Origin: Octopus sinensis
Taxonomy: Eukaryota
Assembly (NCBI RefSeq): GCF_006345805.1
Contig: NC_043000.1
Span: 72,478,001 to 72,542,000 of the forward strand
Length of the DNA stretch: 64,000 nucleotides
Direction of reading: 5' to 3'
Under the pieces are notes generated by a model. It was not told the DNA's origin. It saw nothing but the letters and a program-made list of their open reading frames with translations, and ran no database searches. How positions within the stretch are numbered: the stretch's first letter is position 1; each line of letters starts with the position of its first letter. Shown piece after piece: positions 53,770-64,000 of the stretch. Position numbers and translations under genes: made by a program.

Positions 53770-54620
53770 AGAACTGAAAGTCCTACAGAACAAACAAACC
53801 AGTTTATTTTCGTCGACACCCAAGCTTTCCCCGAAAGCGACATCGCTTTTGCTCACCACTAGTTCCCTACCGAACGCCAGTTAGAAATTTCTGCTGAACA
53901 CATTGCCTAATTGGTATAGGGCTGTGGGCGATTGATACTATTTCAAATGCCATTGGTCTTTACTTAGTTCTAAACTGCGGCTTCGTCAAAGAGACAAACT
54001 GGGGAAACGTATCAGGTATTGCCGGAGATGTCATAACCTGAGCACCTGTCTACAAATCATTAGCCACAGCACACTCAGGCCCGCATGCGCGGGTGTTGGT
54101 TGCAAATGAACAACTTCACTAGTGGAACGCGTCTTTTCAACAAAAAAGTGAAAGAGCGGAGGCTCCAGTCTCATCATATGCGAACTGGTGTAATGTTTGA
54201 CGGTCTAGTGGCAATAAGTGACGAAGGAAATATGTGTTCACCACCTTTGCCTGACCCTTCAAGGATAGCTTCCTCTCGACTCCGGGTGATACTGGCTACT
54301 CTGCTTACCACCACGTCTCAGTTGTGCTAAACCTACAGACCTGGACCAAGCCAGACACTCGCAACTTAAGCGGTTTATCTGTGGGTCCATCAACCCTCAT
54401 GCTACTAAATGGCATAGGCTTGCCTCTCCCGGCATTGAACTCACCGCACACTTTGCTTTCTATCGATGACTTGAGTCATCTAAGACGATGTCAATGCTGC
54501 TACAGTCATTTGAAAAAATCTAGAAATAACTCTTTATTTTCAATGTCAGTGATCCTGAAAAGGGTATTGGGCATCATCCTTCTTCTAAGACAACAAATAA
54601 AAAATATGGAGTTTTCCTCT
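53770..54620 (-). mobile_element. Tx1/L1-like ORF2 remnant
   Basis: RKLSLKGQAKVVNTYF is the post-RT LSL.GR..V.N motif of L1/Tx1; heavily degraded. Confidence 0.55.
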
Positions 54621-54954
54621 TCATAAATTTCGGTTTGGATCGTATTACATTTGGTATTTACCATTTCAAAGCTGTTTTATTGCATAATTTCACAAATACG
54701 GTTTTAAGTTTTCAAATTAGCAGTTTATATTCGGTTCAACAATAATCACCACGTTTATTTTCATTATTTTACTAACGATAAAACCGATAAGGCTGTCGTG
54801 ATTTCTGCTGATGCTTTTGTTGTTGAATAATAGAGGATAATAGAGAATTATACATATTTAAATGGCAGGTGTCAAAAATATGGATCATTTTTACATGTAT
54901 GGAGAATATGAGTTAGTTTTATAAATCTTAACGGTACTATTTTTTCTATTTCAG

Positions 54955-54996
54955 ATTATAGAAGTCAGGTCAATACTGAGGTCAATACTGAGGAAG
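54955..54996 (+). CDS. VWA gene exon 5: 42-nt symmetric linker microexon (N-YRSQVNTEVNTEE-G)
   Basis: Strong acceptor TATTTTTTCTATTTCAG, donor AAG|GTACAG, phase 1-1, no stop in frame. Confidence 0.65.
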
Positions 54997-55309
54997 GTAC
55001 AGTTCATGGAATATTTGCTTCTCTGCTTCTCTTTTGAGTCCTTCAATTTTATAATGTTATTTCTTTAACAGAAACTCACTGTGTAGCACAAAGTCAGTAA
55101 GCTTGAACTCCAATATCCGCTATGCAACGCTATGGAGAATGCACAGCTTATGGCCGGTGGCGAAAACAGGTTACATAACAACCCTTACAACAAAGTAGTA
55201 ACACATCTTTTCGTCTGTTCATTCATACTTTCATAATTGTTCGAAAAAGCAAACTTGAGGTGATGAATAATTTATACAAAGTGAGAAAATTATTTTATAC
55301 TCTAGGTAC

Positions 55310-56830
55310 AAGGCTTGAAATTTTGGGGGAGGGGGCCAGTCGGTTAGATCGGCCCCAGTATGCAACTGGTACTTAATTTACAGACCCCAAAAGGATGAAA
55401 AGCAAAGTCGACCTCGGCGGAATTTGAACGTAAAGACAGACGAAATAGTGCTAAGCAGCTCGCCGCCTTACAAAGAGAAAAAATTGAAGTAATTATTCAT
55501 GGAAAAGCAAATTAAGTAACTTTCCATAAGCCAAATTAAAATTCTGTCAAATGTAAACACCGGAATATAGATATTTCCTGCAGATTGGGTGGATGGTTTT
55601 GTCTTTTTTCTTTTTGCAGAAGTAACGTCCTGACTTAAACGGGGAAATTTCCTTAAGAAAAAATGACCAGAACAAGCAGTCGTTATTTTCTCTTTCACAA
55701 ATCATTTCATTGCTCCCTGGTGTGCATGTAAAAGTGTGTGGACTGGAGCATGTTTTAAGAATGATATTCTTCGGTAAAACTAAGGTTTGCAGAGCATTTG
55801 TTTCAGTTCTTTATCCAACTGAGTTTGGCTTTGCCTTTCATCCATCTGGGCCTAGTTCTTGAATAAGAAATTAGTTGTAGTAGTGCATAAAATGTTAGTA
55901 GAGTACAGGACCAAATAAATACGATTAAAATATTTAGTTTGGTCACCCATATTTCAAGTTTAAATTCCGATGTTACATTTTACAACTCCGGAATCAATTA
56001 AGTATCAACAAATTTAAAGCTATTTACAATGTAAAAAATACTTTTTCTTCTTTTTTATTATTCTGCTTGGAAGAGTGTATGTGTCCATGCATATGTGCAC
56101 GTGCATATGTGTATGTGTATCTATACTGATATTAGATGTTAGATATAAGGCAACAAACTGGCAGAATCGTTAGCACGCCGGGAAAAATGCTTAGCGTGTT
56201 CAAATTCCGCCGAGATCGACTTTGCCTTTCATCCTCTCGGGGTCGATAAAATGAGTACAGGTTGAGTATTGGGGTTGATGTAATCAACTTACCCCCTCCC
56301 TCGAACCTGCTGGTCACCTTATGCCAAAATTTGCAACCAATATTAAATGTTACACTACCTATGATGGTATATCACATGTATTTAATTTTAAAATTCTAGA
56401 GGCTGGTAAGAGAGAGTGGATAAATAGACATGCAACAATTACAGTCACTGTTTAAAGCTAGTAGTTGATGTAAAAAGAAAAGTAGTTAAAAAATATGAAG
56501 AAAGAGATTCGAAGATAAGAAATGCTCTCTATAAACTAAAGTATGAAATATTTAGCACAGAAATATATTTATTCATATTCATTGATCGATAACAACTTGA
56601 TTATAAATGAGTGAAAGGATACCTTAATAAATCGAATAGGAATCGGCTGAGTTATAGAGATTCTGTTTGAAATTTTTCTATTCATTGTAGCTGAATACAT
56701 AATCGGTAAATTGAGAGTTGTTAGAGCACTGTCCAAGTGTGCTGATTCTCGGTGTTCAGCGTTCAATTCCGGCCAAGGTCAACTTTACTTTTCCTCCTAT
56801 CGGGGTCGATATAGATTAAGTATCAGACAA
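55310..56830 (+). mobile_element. Scattered SINE family B fragments (~55310-55470, 56150-56340, 56700-56830)
   Basis: GTCGACTTTGCCTTTCATCC and GGGGTCGAT modules shared with 46606-46990. Confidence 0.65.
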
Positions 56831-57405
56831 GTAGTAGGGTTAATGTACAGTGCTCCTCAGTCAACTCTAATGTATGTAAATCCGTTCAGTAGTTTTTCAC
56901 AATTAGTTATCGTTATTTTATCCTACCTTATCTCAGATCAAATGTGCATTTGACCTAATGTTCCAACTGTGACCATCCGTCATTTGTTTAGGCATATAGT
57001 ATTTGGGTCTATATTGAGCATTAGCTCTACATAAAGATACGGTGATGTAAGTATTTGGTGTCACTCTTACTGTTAAGCATTTTTATTGGTTCATTTATTT
57101 CTAAGATCGAAAGTTCTCGCGCTGGGATCCTTTTTTTCTCTTCACTTAAACACACCAACTCACAGGTAAGAAGTATCTGTCAGTACCTGTTATGATGGCA
57201 TGATGGATTAGTGTCGTAGAATTGGTGTATCAATGAATTTTATTTCATTTATAAATAAATTTTCATACGCAAATCGACCCGCTTGCTAATTAAAATTGTT
57301 AGGATAGAAAACAAGAAAGAAAAAAAAAACAAAATATTTAACTAATATTATTTTTAAATGGAAATCATTCTTAATATTAATCTATAAATTTTATTTTATT
57401 TCTAG

Positions 57406-57993
57406 GGTGCAAAAATATATCTGCTGATGTGTTTTTTCTTCTTGATTCATCGACTAGTATCATTCAAGATGACTTTACAAAGCAGCTGAATGCTGTGGAA
57501 GATATCATAGATACCTATAGCATTGGCTCTGATAAAATGCGTATCGGGTTATCATTATATAGCAACACTTACAAGCAAGTCATAGATTTGAAAAATGGAG
57601 TTGAAAAATCAACTATTATTAATAAAATCAGAGGTGCTCAGTACCTAGGAGGCGGAACGAATACTGGCAACGCTCTATACAAAGTTATAACTGAAATATA
57701 TCATGAAAAATCTAGTAGAAACCGTTTTTTGATTATATTTACTGATGGACAATCACTTGATAGAAGCTTCACAATAACAGAGGCTAAAAAACTCAAAGAA
57801 AATGGTGTAGTTATTTTTGCTGTTGGAGTCGGGCCGTTTGTTGATCAAGACGAACTGAATGCAATATCCAGTAATCCTTCGGAAGAATTTGTTTTGCAAT
57901 TTGTGAACATGGACCAGCTGTCGGAAAAAGTGAAATTTCTAAGCAATAAAACATGCACAAAAATTACTGAAAATACACAAAGGGATCAAGAGT
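57406..57993 (+). CDS. VWA gene exon 6 (complete VWA2, MIDAS DSSTS)
   Basis: TTATTTCTAG acceptor; CKNISADVFFLLDSSTSI, GGGTNTGNAL, IIFTDG, IFAVGVG. Donor T|GTCAGT at 57994 was chosen because it is the phase-1 site compatible with exon 7. Confidence 0.9.
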
Positions 57994-58991
57994 GTCAGTA
58001 AATCATTTTTATCTACATATAACTAGCTTTTCAATGGATTATATTAGATTATATTATAGTTGGTTATATTATATGATTATATTGTATTGAAGTTTAACAT
58101 CTAGAGTTGAGATATATGAAGTAATTGAAACTAGATAAAAAAAATCAAAAACATTTATAGTAGCTAAGGAAGTGTGAATCACTTAACCATTGTGTAGAAA
58201 TTTACATTTATCATGTTACATTGGACACTATCATAGTGCCTTTCAGTAGAGTAAAGTGGTGCTGTTTCTCGTCTTCTTCGGGAAGGAATGAAACGTAATA
58301 TTTCTAGCCGAGTTCAGTATTGCCTCTCATACTTCTGAAGTCAATGAAATATGTACTATTGAATTGCTTCATGCAAAAATGGTTTTCATCTATTATGGTT
58401 GGTAAAATAGGTACTAGTGAAGTTGTCTGACAAAACATATGGGCTTTGTACCTCTCTTACAAATATATTAAACTGAAAAGTACGTGGCAATTCATGCCTG
58501 TTTCAATAGAATTAACAACTTAAAATAGCGAATCAAAAGTATACTGTGCATATATGTATATGAGATTCGATATATTCTGTGAAATATAAAAAAACATATT
58601 ATAAAGGAAACGGAATTCAGTTACCAAGCACCATTGGTCATTGAGAAAAAGATGTGTCCGTAACACGTAGCATTATTTTCATGAAATGCAACGTAAAAGT
58701 CAGAACAATGGAAGGAATTCTTTTTTCCAGTTGCTGTCTAAAAGAAATAAATAAAAAGAAATGTTTAGTTAGTTGACTTTGAACTGGCCTATCTATAAAA
58801 TATTTTCTGATATCCAATCGATATTGAAAAATGTAAAATTATTTTCATCAAGCTCAACGACTAATTTCACCTAGCTTTTGAGCGAAAATAATGTTAGTAG
58901 TCTACTAGAATATATGTATAGAAATTGCACTGTTTCCCGTATTACAATATTTCAGTATCTATTTAAAGTTCTTTTTCTTTTACTTTTACAG

Positions 58992-59539
58992 ATTGCAACT
59001 CAACCAAAATTAGCGATTTTGTATTTGCTCTAAACAACAACTATTTGGGACATAGGAAAACAACATATATTCTCAAAGCTCTTGATGATATTACTGGAAG
59101 AAAGTCACTCCGTGAAAAATTCAGATTCGGAATGGTTTTTGATAAGTGTCCAGATTTACAGGATATTTCATTTACGTACGAAGATAGTAATCAGACAGTC
59201 CAGCAACAAATCATGAAATATAAAAATCAACCACTTCATACAATATTCGAAAAATTAAACAATTTTGAATATTCAAAGTCCTTGAATCGAAGAGTAAGTC
59301 TCGTATTTGTTGATGAATCCATGCCTTTAGATAACCTTATGTTGCTAGCTAGGTTAGCTCGCAAAAACATGGAAATTTACATTGTGGCAATTGGAAAAAA
59401 GATGAGTTTTAAGGATATCGAAGCTGTTCCTTCAAGCCATATTATCTTCATACCGTCATATGAAGTTTTACTTTCGAAGTTTTATCATAAATTCGCCGAA
59501 TTATTTTGTGTTAAAACTAGAGATGTTGAATTATCTTAA
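58992..59539 (+). CDS. VWA gene exon 7 (terminal; MIDAS-less VWA-like domain)
   Basis: TTTTACAG acceptor in phase 1. CNSTKISDFVFALNNNYLG...VSLVFVDE...EIYIVAIG...LFC keeps the VWA strand pattern without DxSxS. Stop TAA at 59537-59539. Confidence 0.85.
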
Positions 59540-59602
59540 TATTTTAAACCTAATGTAAAGTTTTAGACTTTTTAAGCATAAACGTCTAAAATTCTATAAT
59601 TG

Positions 59603-59608
59603 AATAAA
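59603..59608 (+). promoter_or_regulatory. Candidate polyadenylation signal
   Basis: AATAAA 64 nt after the stop, followed by a T-rich tract. Confidence 0.5.
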
Positions 59609-61699
59609 AATATACCAATAACTATTGTTTTTGTTATTAACTTCCTTGAACTTTTCATGTAAAGATCATACATTTCTGAATACTGTCTTTCAACTATACC
59701 TCGATGGTTTGAATTAAAATACAGTAGCAAGAGAAGTAATTTGTTTTTACGAGGAGTTTATCATATTTTTCCTTTACTGACAAAAATACAAAGTCGACAA
59801 TTATTAAAAATGGTCTTAATACGAATTCTTAAGAAAAAAACAATTATGAAGAAAACGTAATAAAGGTTAAACTTAAATTGAAGCGTTATAAACGTTATAC
59901 TGAAAAAAGAATATCTAATGAAGCATATAGAATCTCAGACTTTATTTAATTATAACTATTTGGAAACTTGTATATGTAAAGTTTGGCTGTCAGCCTAGGC
60001 GCTTCAATGTTTTCACAGAGGCACGCCGTCCATCATGGTCCCCCATGCATGGTCTTAATTATCAATATTTTCCACTGTCCTGAAGTAAGCTATCCACATA
60101 GGTTAGACGTTTTTTTCACCCCTGCTGATTCTTCCTTCGACTGACTATCATAAGACCAGTTGGCGATCTTTCGTTACAAGAACACACGACTGCTAGTGAC
60201 AAACCACGTGTGTTTATTTACATTTGTGAAGATGATCGTTGATTTCCGTAAAACTTTTCTTATTTTTTACATATGGGGTTGGGTAGAAATGGGATCATTT
60301 GTACTCCACAAGAATGAAACAAATACCAATTTTACTTTATTTTTAGTACTGACAAACATACAGTAGTATATTTGTCAGTACTTTATATCGTTGTGTATAT
60401 GGTATTCATGCAAACTCAAATGGAGTATTTTTTAATGCCTAATGAATTTTTATTGTTGGTTTTGTTGAATGCTTCATTAGGATACAAATCAATTTTTTCG
60501 TTTTGTTTTGTGAAGTATCCCAATATTTTCACATTTCTATGAAATGATTTTTTACACTGACCAATGCATTAATGGTGATTAGTATAAGTGTAAAATCTAT
60601 AGTCGAAGAGCAATGTTGTTTATGCATCATGTGTATGCGTAATCTCAGATAGTGCTGTATCATTAAAAAGAAAATATTTCTATATGATAAAGTTTTTTTC
60701 TAGTAAACAAAGCTAACTGAACTCACAGCACGCAAATCAATTGATGCATTCCATTCAGAGACCCAGAAATGCAAAACTGCTAGTCATGTATTTCGTCAGA
60801 TACCCAATAAGTAAAATACCAATCCAGTTTAAGAATATAATATTACAAGCTTATCGCACATTTAGCAGTATATCACTCTGTGATAGAATTCAACTGTCTT
60901 CATTTCTTTTAAGTGTGTATGTCAACATCGCTTGAATTCCTTCGAAGTGTCACTTTACGGTAAGTTATCTTGAGGCGGTGAGTCAACAGAAATGGGAGAA
61001 TGATAAAGTCTGTCCTTCTGATTACACACACTGCTAAGGTCAATGCCTTTCATGTTTCGAGAAATGTCTAATATATGTTCTTAATAATAACAATGCAATA
61101 TATTTCTTCATTAGAAGCTTTATTTGTTATGCTTATGCATTTGTGCTCACGCCCGAATTCAACAAATGAACATTATTTTACTCAGGGGATCAACTAAGTT
61201 TTTACTTCCATAGCTTATTGTAGCAATAAATGTCAGGACCCTACATGAAATTAAGGTATCTCGACTGAATCCCACTCTGAGTCTTAGTTTCATCTTCAAT
61301 AATTAAGCAATGGATTATCTCTGTATTTTATAAGTTAATTTATTTTATCTTGCCTCTTTGTAGAAGGATACAATACATTTGTGCTAGCAATTTTAATATC
61401 AAGTGTACATTTTGAAAATAATGATGCTTTCATTTCATTATTACAGGTAGCTACATATTTTCCGATATGACAATTCTAATGTATAAATAGTATGATGGCG
61501 TTATAGATAATCAGAGAGTAAAGGGTCAAAGCAAAAATTTTATATACGAAATAGAAGCAACACTAGTGTAATAAACATTACCAACCACATATACTTAACG
61601 TACATTCATCGTGTGCATTTGCCAGTAGGCTGCGATTTGGTGTGGTGAAGAATACTCTCTCAAAGTGGCGGTGTTAAAACATGTGCAGGCGAGATAACC

Positions 61700-62041
61700 C
61701 ACCTCCAATCCCATCCAGGTGTGATAGACATCGATGTTTCGCCATTCTTTGTGTATTGTCAATATCATGTACCCGAACAAGATCGGAAATGAATCATATC
61801 GCTAGTCCACGACTAGCGTGTAAATAGTGTGCAAACTATGTGCTGGTATACCTGGACAATGCATATGTAAGAATAAATTCAAATATGAAATTGAAGCAGC
61901 GCTAGTGTAATAAATTTATCAACCAGATATTCTTCACATATATGCTTTGTGCATTCGTGCATTTTCGGGTACGTGATATTGATAAGCCAGAAAAATGGCA
62001 AAAACATCGGTGCCCATCACTCCTGGATTGGATTAGAGGTG
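61700..62041. mobile_element. MITE-like element with ~77-bp imperfect inverted arms
   Basis: 61700-61776 pairs with 61965-62041 (CACCTCCAATCCCATCCAGG.../...CCTGGATTGGATTAGAGGTG). Also a direct repeat CTAGTGTAATAAA at ~61562 and ~61902. Confidence 0.55.
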
Positions 62042-62084
62042 AATTATCTTTGTCTGTTCATGACTTTCAGGTATTTTAATAATG

Positions 62085-63420
62085 TCCGGTCAATTCATCG
62101 ACGGCAATTTGTCGTGGTTTAGTTTGTCCTCAGTCAATTCGTCGTTGGTCAATTCGTCCTCAGGTCAATTCGCCGTCAGTCAATTCGTCGAGATCATAGG
62201 TTAAATGGAAGAACGAATATGTGAATTTAAAAAAAAAAACGTTTATTTCAAGATTTGTTGTATTACATATTTATTTTTTTATTAAAATTTAAGATTATGT
62301 GCAATTACTTTTAGAAAAATAATTCTTTGGCTTGAATCATATTTTTCCGTGACATTTTTTATACACAGGTTCATATCTGTATTTTTTTCTTTTGGCTTGG
62401 TTCTTCTCCTTGCATAAACTTTTGCAATTTGGTACTGGCAAACACTTTCTTACATTTAATCATATCAATAAGTTTACAAATATTTGGATGGCTAATATTA
62501 ACTGTGTTTTTCAGCGCGCTGTGATAGGCTTCTAAATTATTTGTAGTACGAGCAATACCTGTCATACATCGAGCCCAAACATTCCATATTGGTAATATAA
62601 ATGGAGGTTCAAGGCGTCGCCTCCTCTGTCCTCTTCTTCTATGTGGTTCTATATAATCATTTTCAAAATAGGATACAACTGACTGTGAAATATCATCATC
62701 ATCTACAAGTTGTTCATATCCATCTACAACATCATCAACCGGCAGGAAGGTAAGGACAACAAAGCACCACAGTTTTTATACTAAAACTGTCATCTTCGTG
62801 GTATCTGCATTTTAGTCCTTCTTGTACAACATGCTTGTACACATTTTGTCCTAAATGAAACAAGCAGTATGCCAAATTCGACCAGGAAAGGATCCCAGAA
62901 ATCTGTTACGGGCTGCTTTTTCGAAATCCATAATTATATTATCAGGTCCCTCATTCTGTCATAATTCATTTATTTTGGTAAAAAGTCTACTATAAGTGCC
63001 TTGACTTTTGTCAGAGGGCAGTGCGAACAATAGTGAGACATTAAAATTATCAATTTGAATGGGAAGTATATATATAACTGAAAAAATATACTAGAGCAGC
63101 ACTTAAATGTTCCATCTGCGGCCCAGTTCTTGTGCTGTTTTAACTGTCGAAGTGCTTCGTCATTTGCAAATATTAATATTCGTTTAGAAACTTCCATTCC
63201 GCTGTCATACTGTAAAAACGTTTCCTCATTGTCAAGGTATTCATTTGAAATGGAAAACCCGACATTTGTAAGTATAGTTGGGACCAGTTTGCCTCCAACG
63301 TCTAATATTCCTTTTGAGTTGTGCAAACAGAGGTATTTGCGACAATGTACAGTCGTTTAAATTATGAACATCACTAGCTCTAATTGAACGAGCGGCATCA
63401 CGAGATGAAATAGACTTTAC
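62085..63420 (-). mobile_element. Mutator/MULE transposase remnant with subterminal GTCAATTCGTC repeats
   Basis: WAADGTFKCCSSIFFQLY, DFEKAARN, CLFHLGQ and RTTNNLEAYHSALK; about five GTCAATTCRYC units at 62089-62192. Confidence 0.88.
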
Positions 63421-63559
63421 TTTAATATTGAAAACTATTATCTTTCATTGAGTTAAGCGCCTTTTCTCCTCTCTTTATTATTTTCGAGATTTTCAGTAAC
63501 CATATTTCGGCGCATATCTACTATACCCTAAGTAAATGTGCTCTTTTAATCCTCGATTT

Positions 63560-64000
63560 CATCATTTCCCAAGTCTGTTCAGCTGAGTGCTACATCTTCT
63601 GGCCACATATATTTTATGTGGTTCATTTTAAGGCCTACAGCTAAGCTCTGAGTGTCCAGTTCTGTCAACATGGTCTTTGGTTTCAGTGATGAATCATCTG
63701 GGAATCGGAGGAATGCTAGTAGCTCGCCATTGGTGTTCAAGTCACCTATTCAGTTAGTGCCCTTAATGACCATTTCTAGTCATGCAATAAAGAGCTTTAG
63801 AGAGATGGTATCTCCTACTCAGCCTACTCAGTTGGGACCCTCACTGATAATGATAACAGAGATATATCTGCTGTGCGTCCAGAGTGAGCATCTCTGAGAA
63901 GTTTGATGTACTGCGCCTCGACACCTGGCATTTCCAGAGATTTCAACACTGTGTTTATCTTGAGGCTATCAAAGGCCTTTTCGTAACCAACAAAAGTGAT
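63560..64000 (-). mobile_element. RTE-clade LINE RT fragment running off the window
   Basis: TFVGYEKAFDSLKINTVLKSLE..GVEAQYIKLLR resembles FVDYEKAFDS. Confidence 0.75.

Noticed and set aside
54967-54984. AGGTCA direct repeat as a nuclear-receptor element
   Set aside because: Better explained as a 12-bp tandem duplication inside a coding microexon.
57996-58003. Alternative donor CA|GTAAAT or in-frame stop TAA ending the gene at exon 6
   Set aside because: The phase-2 donor is incompatible with exon 7. A short isoform stopping at 58001 cannot be excluded but has no support from sequence alone.
62089-62192. Short repeats with spacers resembling a CRISPR array
   Set aside because: The 11-bp units and very short spacers are subterminal repeats of a MULE transposon; no cas genes, and the DNA is eukaryotic.

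Overview
AT-rich, microsatellite- and transposon-dense animal genomic DNA. The SINE, Penelope, Dong/R4 and mariner repertoire looks like a coleoid cephalopod, probably Octopus (inference, no search run). One apparently complete host gene can be assembled on the + strand from 7 exons (32956-59539, 608 aa as modelled). It encodes a secreted protein: signal peptide, two MIDAS-intact VWA domains and a MIDAS-less C-terminal VWA-like domain. A diverged copy of its last exon at 9115-9590 points to a tandem paralog upstream. The rest is decayed transposons: mariner, maT, Tigger, MULE, Helitrons, MITEs, RTE, Tx1, CR1/Jockey-like, Dong/R4, gypsy, Penelope-like elements and tRNA-derived SINEs. Best leads: (1) a 1.9-kb TSD-flanked retroelement carrying only a zinc-knuckle ORF1 (half-LINE), whose 3' tail resembles those of a Tx1 LINE and a SINE in the window; (2) several type I hammerhead ribozyme motifs in Penelope-derived repeats; (3) the tandem VWA matrix-protein genes; (4) a perfect 89-bp-arm palindrome; (5) a 213-bp perfect templated insertion with snap-back junctions. 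Transposon boundaries are approximate unless a TSD or TIR is quoted.
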